Assembly: GCA_958295745.1 (NCBI GenBank)
Contig: OY282370.1
Location: forward strand, 1,162,311 to 1,226,310
Length of the DNA stretch: 64,000 bases
Direction: 5' to 3'
DNA from: an uncultured Acidimicrobiia bacterium
GTDB taxonomy: Bacteria; Actinomycetota; Acidimicrobiia; Spongiisociales; Spongiisociaceae
The first letter of the stretch is position 1. The number at the start of each line of letters is the position of its first letter. A model generated the notes under the pieces. The model saw only the letters and a list, made by a program, of their open reading frames with translations. It searched no databases and was not told where the DNA came from. Position numbers and translations under genes: made by a program. Positions 56,106 through 64,000 of this stretch are shown here, one piece after another.

Positions 56106-57179
56106 CTACCCGGTCCTCGGAAGGCGGGTCAAAAGCCGGGCGGGGTTGTCTACCAGCATGGTTTCTATCGCCGCGGCGGGAACCCCGGCGTCCTCGAGGC
56201 GGGGAACCACCCCGGCGGGGACGAAGTCGTAGCCCACCCCGCCGTAGCGCCTATACATCTGCTTGGTGCACAGGTCTTGGGCGAGGACGATCTGGGGGGC
56301 GAAACCTTCCTCCACCAGACGGGACAGCGCCTCGACCCGTTGGGCGTCGGTGGCGCCGGTGAACCAGAACCGCTCCGCCCACCATCCGTCCAGGTGAAAT
56401 CCTTCGAACTCGATGGTGACGCCCAACCCCAACAGGGCGGCCAGATAGCCGGCGTCGATGAACCCATCCACATGGCCCACCACGATCCGCGAAGCCGGAA
56501 CGGACTGCTCCAGCAGCCATTCGGCGGACCGGTGGCCGGTGGGCGAGCCCGGCTCTATGTGAAGGCTGATCGCGACCCCGGTCTCCAGCGACGCCAGGGC
56601 GGCCGCCGCCAGCACTTTCAGCTCGTCGGGGTGCGGCGCCGCCGACAGTCCGATCTCGCCGATGATCCCTGCCCTGATCTCGGTGCCGGCGATGCCCTCC
56701 TCGAGATCGGCGATCATCTCTTCGGCCAGCGTTTCAGGGTTCGAGGCGGCTACGTGTTCTGGGTGGGAAAGATGAACGTAGTAACCGGTTCCGGCCACTA
56801 TGTGGACGCCGGACAGGGCCGAAACTTCCGCCACCCCCAGGATGTCGCGGCGGCGCTCCGGACCCGTACCGATCCCGTCCAGGGTGAGATCGACGATGGC
56901 GCCCCCGCCGGCGTTGCGGAAGTGCCCGAGCTCGGCGGCGGCCATCCTCACGTCGTCGAGCACCAGGTTGTCCAAGATCATCATCGTGGTGCGGCCCACG
57001 GGAGTGCCGAGAATCGTGTAGCGGCTTTCGTCGGCTACCCGCACCCTGGCCAGCTCACGGTCGGCGGGGTCTTCCGGTTCGCTCCAATAACAGGTCAGAT
57101 CCACCAGGACATGCTCGTGCATCAGTGTCGTCCCGAGCCGATCCGTCGGCACCGGACCCAGAACCGTCTGAACCGTCAT
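56106..57179 (-). CDS. Phosphotriesterase-family metallohydrolase, paralog 3
   Basis: MTVQTVLGP, TLMHEH, AGTGYY, GEIG, SLH, VGHVD, AQDLC. Confidence 0.92.
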   Translation of the reverse strand: MTVQTVLGPVPTDRLGTTLMHEHVLVDLTCYWSEPEDPADRELARVRVADESRYTILGTPVGRTTMMILDNLVLDDVRMAAAELGHFRNAGGGAIVDLTLDGIGTGPERRRDILGVAEVSALSGVHIVAGTGYYVHLSHPEHVAASNPETLAEEMIADLEEGIAGTEIRAGIIGEIGLSAAPHPDELKVLAAAALASLETGVAISLHIEPGSPTGHRSAEWLLEQSVPASRIVVGHVDGFIDAGYLAALLGLGVTIEFEGFHLDGWWAERFWFTGATDAQRVEALSRLVEEGFAPQIVLAQDLCTKQMYRRYGGVGYDFVPAGVVPRLEDAGVPAAAIETMLVDNPARLLTRLPRTG

Positions 57180-57223
57180 CCTCGAAGGATACCGGTCGGC
57201 CGCATCCGACCCGGGACCTTTTG

Positions 57224-57280
57224 CCTGGATCCACCGGTGGGGGGTTGGGGGTGGAAAGGTCGGGAGGTGCCCCTCTGACC
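57224..57280 (+). mobile_element. Isolated left-end remnant of an IS1380-family element
   Basis: cctggatccaccggtgg...gggggtggaaa...ggtgcc..ctgacc aligns with 49283-49345. Confidence 0.7.
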
Positions 57281-57295
57281 GCTCAAACAATTAAT

Positions 57296-57309
57296 TGAAC
57301 CGCCCCGGG
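57296..57309. mobile_element. IS3-family terminal inverted-repeat fragment
   Basis: tgaaccgccccgg is the IS6110/IS3-type terminus. Confidence 0.5.
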
Positions 57310-57313
57310 TTCA

Positions 57314-57530
57314 GAATGGGCCGTCACCCGCCAATACATGAGCGCTCACAGCCTCAACCAAGCCCACATACGCATCATCGACCCAGACCCACCCGCCCCG
57401 CTACCCAAAGAAACAGCCCAGGAGACGATCCAGATGACAGCAGTAAACTAAACCAGAACTAGACAACAAGAGGCAGACACACCATCACCCGTACACCATA
57501 TCACCGGACTTGGCCTCACCGGACTTGGCC
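57314..57530 (+). mobile_element. IS256-family 3' remnant with a duplicated terminal 15-mer
   Basis: Translation EWAVTRQYMSAHSL...AVN* (stop 57449-57451) resembles the IS256 C-terminus; tacacca...ggacttggcc end; tcaccggacttggcc occurs at 57501 and 57516. Confidence 0.6.
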
Positions 57531-57615
57531 CAACTCCACCAGAAAGCGACCCGTCCGACCCACTACCAGCCAAGGCGATCACTATGAGGACAAACACTCC
57601 CAGCCTTCTGTTCCC

Positions 57616-57690
57616 TCAGATAAGGAACCCTGTCGCCTTTTCCTCTTTCGTCTCGGTCTTGCGTTTCCGAATAAAGCATAATAGCCGCAT
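57616..57690 (-). CDS. Putative 24-aa basic small ORF (MRLLCFIRKRKTETKEEKATGFLI)
   Basis: SD-like AAAGGA upstream; lies downstream of a consensus promoter. Confidence 0.3.
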   Translation of the reverse strand: MRLLCFIRKRKTETKEEKATGFLI

Positions 57691-57739
57691 GAGATACTTT
57701 TCCTTTCTTATTGCTTCTATCTTTTCTTCCTACATGCTA

Positions 57740-57748
57740 ATTATAACA
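57740..57748 (-). promoter_or_regulatory. Consensus extended -10 promoter TGnTATAAT
   Basis: The minus strand reads ttgtta-N12-tgt-tataat within an AT-rich block. Confidence 0.5.
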
Positions 57749-58130
57749 CGGATTATCATTTAACAATTCGTCCCGCATATATATGACTTGCACCAGCCTT
57801 AAAGAGACCCGCCCCCAAGCTTAGCTTAGGACTCCTCTACCACGTGATGCACACGGCACGTATAAACGACTATCTGCTACTTACCGGGATTCGGACAAAG
57901 ACACATACATACATGGGGAACGTTGACGACTAACTCTTAGGCAAAAGGGTTTAAACAGACGAGATACTATTCCTGATCCGGAAAACCCATCAAAGATTCT
58001 CCTCTTTGACACGGACGGTTAGCGCTGGCTGAGCTCGTGGGTCGATTGGGCGTACCTCGTACCCAGTACCTCGTACCCCGCCCGGATCAGGAAGCACCCC
58101 CTCGGTTGCGGCCCCGGAATCGTGGGGTTG

Positions 58131-61100
58131 TCAGGACCGGACGTCCAAGGCGCGGGAGAGGAAGGAGGCCATCTGGGCACGGGTTACCGGGTCGTCGGGG
58201 CAGTAACTCAACGGGTCGAAGCCGCAGCCCAAGGTTATACGCGCCTGGTACAGGCCCTCTACAGCCCGCACCACGTCATCCGGCAGGCCGGACATATCGG
58301 CGAACAGGCCCTTCGATTCGTCCACCGCGTTCAGGCGGGAGAAGGCAGCCACCATCATCACTGCCATATCAGCCCTGGTCACCAACCCGTCCGGGTCGAA
58401 TACACCCTCAGGAGCGGCGAAGGCCCCTATGGACACCACCCAGTCCGCAGCCAGAGCCCACCCGGCCTCCGCCGGAACATCACTCAGCTCGACCCCGGAC
58501 GGCGCCGGCGCCGGAGAAGCGGACCGTTCCACCACCGCCCGATACAAGAAAGCCGCCATCTGACTACGGCTGACAGAACGCCCCGGGCAGAAATTGTTCT
58601 CATCATCACAACCGCGGGTGATCCCCTCCCGAGCGATCCGCTCGATGTCCAGCTGGTGAACGCTCTCATCATCGTCCCGGAAAGTACCCGTCCACGTCTC
58701 CTCCGGAGGAGGCGGCGGGGCGGAGTCCAAGGCGCGGGAGAAGAAGGAGGCCATCTGAGCCCGGGTTACCGGCTCGTCGGGGCAGTAACGCAACGGGTCT
58801 TCCCCGCAGCCCAAGGTGATACGCGCCTGGTAGAGACCCTCGACAGCCCGCACCACGGCATCCGGCCGGCCCGACACATCGGTGAACAGCCCTTCCGCTT
58901 CGGCCACCGCGCTCAGCTGGTCGAAGGCAGCCACCATCATCACCGCCATATCAGCCCTGGTCACCAACCCGTCCGGGTTGAACACACCCTCAGGAGCGTC
59001 AAAAGCTCCGATGGACACCACCCAGTCCGCCGCCTGAGCGTACCCGGCCTCCGCCGGAACATCACTCAGCTCGACCCCGGACGGCGCCGGCGCCGGGGAA
59101 CCGTACCGTTCGATCACCGCCCGATACAAGAAAGCCGCCATCTGACTACGGGTAATAGAATCCCCCGGGCAGAAATTGTTCTGATCATCGCAACCGCGGG
59201 TGATCCCCTCCCGGGCGATCCGCTCGATGTTCGACTCGTGAGCGCTTCCTTCATCGTCCCGGAAAGTACCCGTCCACGTCTCCCCCGGCGGAAGAGGCGG
59301 GAGAGGCGACGGGTCGGGTCCGGACGGACCGGCGCCGCCGCCACCACCACCACCGCCGCCTCCGCTGGGCGGGGGCGGGGGAGGAGGAGGCTCGTCTTCG
59401 TTGGTGATGGTGATGGTTCCGGTTCCGGCCACGTCCACCCCGGAATCAGACGGAACGCTCAGCTGGATGGAGAAGGACTCTGTCTCCTCGACGGCATTGT
59501 CGTCGATGAGGGTCACGGGGAAAGTCTGGGTTTCGCCGTCGGTACCGGCGAAGTTCAATTCCCGGTCGACGACGGCCTGGTAGTCGGAACCCGCTAGAGC
59601 AGAACCGTTGACGGTGGAGGCCGAGACGGTGAATCCGATGTTCGACTCTCCGGTCAACCGGACGGTGACCGTCACCGTGCCCGCATTCTCCGCCACACTC
59701 TCGTTGTCCACGCTCACTTCGGGCACCGGGGTGAAAACGATGCCGCCGCCGGGGTCGACTATGACTATCTGGGCGGGTTCGACGGTCGCCGCCGCCCCCG
59801 CCACCGTGGCCGAACCGGACACCGTGACCGTCTCCGGCGTCGCCGCCGGCTCCAGCACGAGGTCATCGATGGCGGTGAGGTCGAAGGTTGCGGTGCTGCG
59901 GACCGACCCGTCCGGGATGGTGATCGTGAACGAACTGCTGGAAACGGTGAAGTCACCAGTGGGCGCCGGTCCCAAAATGGCGGTGCCGCCCGCCACCGTT
60001 ACGGTCACATCAGTAGCCGCACCCAGATCGGAAGCGGAGGCGCTGTCGAACACGGCCTCGACCGTAATCGTATGGGCATCGGTCTGCTCCGGTACCTGCG
60101 ACGGCGAGGCCGACAGCTTCATGTGGGTGTCGCTGGCCGCAATGGTCAAAGTATCGGGCGTAACCGTCACCCCGGCGGCCGTCCCGGTGACCTCGAACGT
60201 CTCCGCCGCCTCCACCCGGCTGTCATCGGTAACCAACAGCCCCGCCAGATCCGTATACGAGCTGCTGGTGGAAGTGGAGCCGGTCGGGATGCTCACCGCC
60301 ACCGGCGCAGACGGAGCGGTGAAATCGGTCCCCCCGCCCACAGCCGACACCGTCGAAGCCTCGGAAGCGGTAACGTCCACCGACAACGCCGCCGCCAGAT
60401 CATTGGAAGTAGCCGAAGTGAACTCGGCCTTCACCCGCACCGCAACCGTATCGCCCTCGGCCAAACCCTTCTGATCCCCCGAAGCCCCGCTGTCCGTGTC
60501 AGCCACCAAAGTGACATCCTGGTCGCTGGCCGCGATCGACAGAGCAACTGCGCCCACCGTGAACCCGGTCACGGTCCCGCCCACCGTAATCGCCTCCGCA
60601 TCCTCCGCGATAGCGTCATCGGTGATACCCAAACCGGTCAAAGCCACCGCCGAACCAGAAGTAGCCCCCGCCGGAATGCTCACCGTTATCGCCGTACCCG
60701 GAGCGGTGAAATCGGCCGCCTCGGTACCGGAAGCAGCGGTGAAGGACAGCTCCACCTCCGTAGCCGACGTCAACGCCGAACCGGACGCCCCTGTAAACGA
60801 AGGCGTAACGGTCACGCCCCCCGCATTGCCCGCCGCACCCTCGGCCACCGACGACTCGCTCAGCGTCAAAGTGATGCCCAAATCGTCATCGTCTATATCC
60901 AGGGAAGCCTCAGTCGTCGGCAGCGTGCCCCCGCCGCTGACGGTCACATCGGAGCCCAGCACCTGAACGGTCTCCGCCGCGGGACCCTCCACCACCGCAT
61001 CGTTGTTCACCACCAACGTGAAGGTGGCCGTCCCCTCCGTAGCCCCGGCAGCGACAGGAATCCCCAGCGAATACCCGGCCGGGGTGCCGGTCGGCTGGGA

Positions 61101-64000
61101 CAAACCGGTAACCCGGAAATCCTCTCCCGCCCCGAACGGAGCCCCATCCGAATCCAAAACAGCGGTGCCGCCCACCACGTTCACCCCCACCACCGCACCT
61201 CCGGAGGGAGCGGTGAACCCTGAAGGCAGAACGGCTTTCACCGTCACCTGCGTGGACCCCGAACCCTCACCCAAGCTGGTCAACGCGCCGCCGCCGCTGT
61301 CCTCCAACGACAACGCAACCCCCTCGTCAGCGATCCTGATAGAAGCACCGTCCGCGGTCACCGACCCCCCGGCCACCGTGGCCGAACCGGACACCGTAAC
61401 CGTCTCCGGCGGCACCTCCACCGCAGTGTCATCGGCGGCGGTCAGGTCGAAACCTCCGGTGCTGCTGACCGACCCGGCCGGGATGGTGACCGTGAACGAA
61501 TTGCTGCTGACCCCGGCCCCGGAAACCGTGAAATCATCACCCGATCCCGATCCCAAAGTAGCGGTGCCGCCCGCCACCGTTACGGTCACATCAGTAGCCG
61601 CACCCAGATCGGAGGCGGAAGCGCCGGTAAAGGCGGCCGTAACCGTAACCCTATGGGCAGTCGCCTGCTCCACCACCGTCCCCGGCGAGGCCGACAAGGT
61701 GATGCCGGTGTCGCTGGCCGCGATGGTCAAGGTATCGGCGGTGACCGTCACCCCGGCGGCGGCCGTCCCGGTGACCTCGAACGTCTCCGCCGCCTCCACC
61801 CGGCTGTCATCGGTAACCAACAACCCGGCCAAAGAAACATAAGAACCGCTGGTGGAAGTGGAACCGGTAGGAATGGTCACCGTCACCGGCGCAGACGGAG
61901 CAGTGAAATCGGTCCCCCCGCCCGAAGCCGACACCGTCGAAGCCTCCGAAGCAGTAACGCTCACCGACAACGCCGCCGCCAGATCATTGGAAGTAGCCGA
62001 AGTGAACTCGGCCTTCACCCGCACCGCAACCGCCGACCCCTCGGCCAAACCCTTCTGATCCCCCGAAGCCCCGCTGTCCGTATCAGCCACCAAAGTGACA
62101 TCCCGGTCGCTGGCCGCGATCGACAGAGCAACAGCGTCCACCGTGAACCCGGTCACGGTCCCGCCCACCGTAATCGCCTCCGCATCCTCCGCGATAGCGT
62201 CATCGGTGATACCCAAACCGGTCAAAGCCACCGCCGAACCAGAAGTAGCCCCCGCCGGAATGCTCACCGTTATCGCCGTACCCGGAGCGGTGAAATCGGC
62301 CGCCTCGCCGCCGGCGCCGGCGGTGAACGACAGCTCCACCTCCGTAGCCGACGTCAACGTCGAATCGGACGCCCCCGTAAACGAAGGCGTAACGGTCACG
62401 CCCCCCGCATTGCCCGCACCCTCGGCCACCGACGACCCGCTGAGCGTCAAAGTGATACCCAAATCGTCATCGTCGATATCCAGGGAAGCCTCGGTCGTCA
62501 AGTACTCGGTGCCGCTGATGGTCACAGGAGAGCCCTCCGCCTGAAGGGTCTCCGCCGTGGGGCCCTCCACCACCGCATCGTTGTTCACCACCAACGTGAA
62601 GGTGGCCGTCCCCTCCGACGCCCCTTCGGGGATCGAAATACCCATCGAATACGTGGCCGGGGTGCCGGACGGCAGGGACAAACCGGTAACCCGGAAATCC
62701 TCCCCCGCCGCGAACGGAGCCCCATCCGAATCCAAATCGGCGCTGCCGCCCACCACGTTCACCCCCACCAACACACCTCCGGCGGGAGCGGTAATCCCCG
62801 GGGGCAGAACGGCTTTCACCGTCACCTGCGTGGACCCCGAACCCTCGCCCAAGCTGGTCAGCTCGTCCCCGCCGCTGTCCTCGAACGACAACGCCACCCC
62901 CCGGTCAGCGATCCTGACCGAAGCACTGACCGCGGTCACCGACGCCCCGGCCACCGTGGCCGAACCGGACACCGTAACCGTCTCCGGCGGCACCTCCACC
63001 ACGGCGTCGATGGGGGCGGTGAGGTCGAAGGTTCCGGTGTTGCTGACCGACCCGTCCGGGATGGAGATCGTAAACGCATTGTTGGTGACCCCGGTCCCGG
63101 AAACGGTGAAATCATCACTCGATCCCGATCCCAAAGTAGCGGTGCCGCCCGCCACCGTTACCGCCACCGCAGTAGCCGAACCCAGATCGGAAGCGGTGGC
63201 ATCCGTAAAGGCGGCCGTAACCGTAACCTCGTGGGCAGCCGCCTGCTCCACCACCGTCCCCGGCGAGGCCGACAGGGTGATGCCGGTGTCGCTGGCCGCA
63301 ATGGTCAAAGTATCGGGCGTAACCGTCGCCCCGGTGACCGACCCGCTGATAAGGAATGTCTCCGCCAGCTCCACCCGGCTGTCATCGGTAACCAACAGCC
63401 CGGTCAGATCCGTCAACGAACCCTCGATAGAAGTGGAACCGGTGGGGATAGTCACCGTCACCGGCGCAGACGGAGCAGTGAAATCGGTCCCCCCGCCCGA
63501 AGCCGACACCGGCGAAGCCTCCGAGGCGGTAACGCTCACCGACAAATCCGCCGCCAGATCATTGGAAGTAGCCGAAGTGAACTCGGCCTTGACCTTCACC
63601 GCAACCGTCTCGCCCTCGGCCAAACCCTTCTGATCCCCCGAAGCACTGTCCGTATCAGCCACCAGAGTGACATCCCGATCGTTGGCAGCGATGGACAGGG
63701 CGGCGTCGTTAACAGCCAGCCCGAGGGTGGTGGTGCCGCTCACCGTAATCACCTCCGCGTCCTCCGCGATCGCGTCATCGGTGATACCCAGATCGGTCAA
63801 AGCCACCGCCGAACTATCAGTGCCCCCCGCCGGAATGCTCACCGTGATCGCCGTACCCGGAGCGGTGAAATCGGCCGTCTCGGTGCCGGAAGCAGCGGCG
63901 AACCCCAAGGTAACGACGGCGGCCTCGGTGATCTCCGAGGTGACGGCGGTGGAGGCGAAAGCGGCGGTGATCATGGCGTCGCCGGCGTTGCCGTCCGCTT
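58131..64000 (-). CDS. Giant surface adhesin/S-layer protein: repeated Ig-like/Calx-beta domains, Pro/Gly linker and two C-terminal triple-SLH modules; 5' end lies beyond the window
   Basis: The frame stays open to 64000. Calx-beta (STVNGSALAGSDY...DDNAVEETESF); PPPPPPPSGGGGGG linker; duplicated FRDD...GITRGC...TRSQMAAFL...TRADMAVM...TRAQMASF modules. Confidence 0.9.
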   Translation of the reverse strand, partial: ADGNAGDAMITAAFASTAVTSEITEAAVVTLGFAAASGTETADFTAPGTAITVSIPAGGTDSSAVALTDLGITDDAIAEDAEVITVSGTTTLGLAVNDAALSIAANDRDVTLVADTDSASGDQKGLAEGETVAVKVKAEFTSATSNDLAADLSVSVTASEASPVSASGGGTDFTAPSAPVTVTIPTGSTSIEGSLTDLTGLLVTDDSRVELAETFLISGSVTGATVTPDTLTIAASDTGITLSASPGTVVEQAAAHEVTVTAAFTDATASDLGSATAVAVTVAGGTATLGSGSSDDFTVSGTGVTNNAFTISIPDGSVSNTGTFDLTAPIDAVVEVPPETVTVSGSATVAGASVTAVSASVRIADRGVALSFEDSGGDELTSLGEGSGSTQVTVKAVLPPGITAPAGGVLVGVNVVGGSADLDSDGAPFAAGEDFRVTGLSLPSGTPATYSMGISIPEGASEGTATFTLVVNNDAVVEGPTAETLQAEGSPVTISGTEYLTTEASLDIDDDDLGITLTLSGSSVAEGAGNAGGVTVTPSFTGASDSTLTSATEVELSFTAGAGGEAADFTAPGTAITVSIPAGATSGSAVALTGLGITDDAIAEDAEAITVGGTVTGFTVDAVALSIAASDRDVTLVADTDSGASGDQKGLAEGSAVAVRVKAEFTSATSNDLAAALSVSVTASEASTVSASGGGTDFTAPSAPVTVTIPTGSTSTSGSYVSLAGLLVTDDSRVEAAETFEVTGTAAAGVTVTADTLTIAASDTGITLSASPGTVVEQATAHRVTVTAAFTGASASDLGAATDVTVTVAGGTATLGSGSGDDFTVSGAGVSSNSFTVTIPAGSVSSTGGFDLTAADDTAVEVPPETVTVSGSATVAGGSVTADGASIRIADEGVALSLEDSGGGALTSLGEGSGSTQVTVKAVLPSGFTAPSGGAVVGVNVVGGTAVLDSDGAPFGAGEDFRVTGLSQPTGTPAGYSLGIPVAAGATEGTATFTLVVNNDAVVEGPAAETVQVLGSDVTVSGGGTLPTTEASLDIDDDDLGITLTLSESSVAEGAAGNAGGVTVTPSFTGASGSALTSATEVELSFTAASGTEAADFTAPGTAITVSIPAGATSGSAVALTGLGITDDAIAEDAEAITVGGTVTGFTVGAVALSIAASDQDVTLVADTDSGASGDQKGLAEGDTVAVRVKAEFTSATSNDLAAALSVDVTASEASTVSAVGGGTDFTAPSAPVAVSIPTGSTSTSSSYTDLAGLLVTDDSRVEAAETFEVTGTAAGVTVTPDTLTIAASDTHMKLSASPSQVPEQTDAHTITVEAVFDSASASDLGAATDVTVTVAGGTAILGPAPTGDFTVSSSSFTITIPDGSVRSTATFDLTAIDDLVLEPAATPETVTVSGSATVAGAAATVEPAQIVIVDPGGGIVFTPVPEVSVDNESVAENAGTVTVTVRLTGESNIGFTVSASTVNGSALAGSDYQAVVDRELNFAGTDGETQTFPVTLIDDNAVEETESFSIQLSVPSDSGVDVAGTGTITITNEDEPPPPPPPPSGGGGGGGGGGAGPSGPDPSPLPPLPPGETWTGTFRDDEGSAHESNIERIAREGITRGCDDQNNFCPGDSITRSQMAAFLYRAVIERYGSPAPAPSGVELSDVPAEAGYAQAADWVVSIGAFDAPEGVFNPDGLVTRADMAVMMVAAFDQLSAVAEAEGLFTDVSGRPDAVVRAVEGLYQARITLGCGEDPLRYCPDEPVTRAQMASFFSRALDSAPPPPPEETWTGTFRDDDESVHQLDIERIAREGITRGCDDENNFCPGRSVSRSQMAAFLYRAVVERSASPAPAPSGVELSDVPAEAGWALAADWVVSIGAFAAPEGVFDPDGLVTRADMAVMMVAAFSRLNAVDESKGLFADMSGLPDDVVRAVEGLYQARITLGCGFDPLSYCPDDPVTRAQMASFLSRALDVRS
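59770..64000. repeat. About 1.58-kb near-identical intragenic tandem repeats (about 2.7 copies visible)
   Basis: Marker caaacccttctgatcccccgaagc at 60462, 62046 and 63621 (periods 1584 and 1575 bp). Confidence 0.92.

Noticed and set aside
39817-57179. Calling the PTE paralogs organophosphate hydrolases (opd)
   Set aside because: They have Glu (GEIG) rather than the carboxylated Lys context of true Opd; the substrate cannot be assigned from sequence.
58052-58078. 13-bp direct repeat gtacctcgtaccc x2 downstream of the giant gene
   Set aside because: Only two short copies and no supporting context.
1619-63633. Numerous long antisense or alternate-frame ORFs (for example 1619-3544, 5766-7814, 23072-25045, 51309-53195, 62557-63633)
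   Set aside because: Expected shadows of real genes in high-GC DNA; each overlaps a motif-bearing gene.

Overview
High-GC bacterial DNA, most likely an actinomycete. Acidimicrobiia is an inference from the lipoprotein and SLH-protein repertoire and the leaderless genes. The backbone is catabolic and transport genes: two Dpp/Opp-type ABC systems (one with a tandemly duplicated binding protein), a xanthine-dehydrogenase-family molybdoenzyme with MoaD, a GMC oxidoreductase, a sugar ABC system with GH13 and GH1 glycosidases, a ThDP operon (E1 alpha/beta, free lipoyl domain, ILVBL/ALS-like enzyme), PLP enzymes, an SDR, a P450, three phosphotriesterase-family paralogs and a DeoC-like aldolase. Two SLH surface proteins are present; one is giant, internally repeated and runs off the right edge. 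Two Fic-headed accessory islands interrupt the backbone. Island 1 (about 11.0-16.1 kb) is Fic, a 4x 52-bp tandem array that carries a -35/-10 promoter, an AlbA_2/ATPase gene and an OLD-like ABC ATPase. Island 2 (about 44.1-50.2 kb) is Fic, an IS5 remnant, out-of-order fragments of a PLD-helicase/type IIG methylase system with a RAMA-domain gene, DUF3800 and an internally deleted IS1380-family element. A nested set of IS remnants lies at 57.2-57.5 kb. No rRNA, tRNA or CRISPR array was recognised. Family assignments come from motif recognition by eye; no database searches were run.
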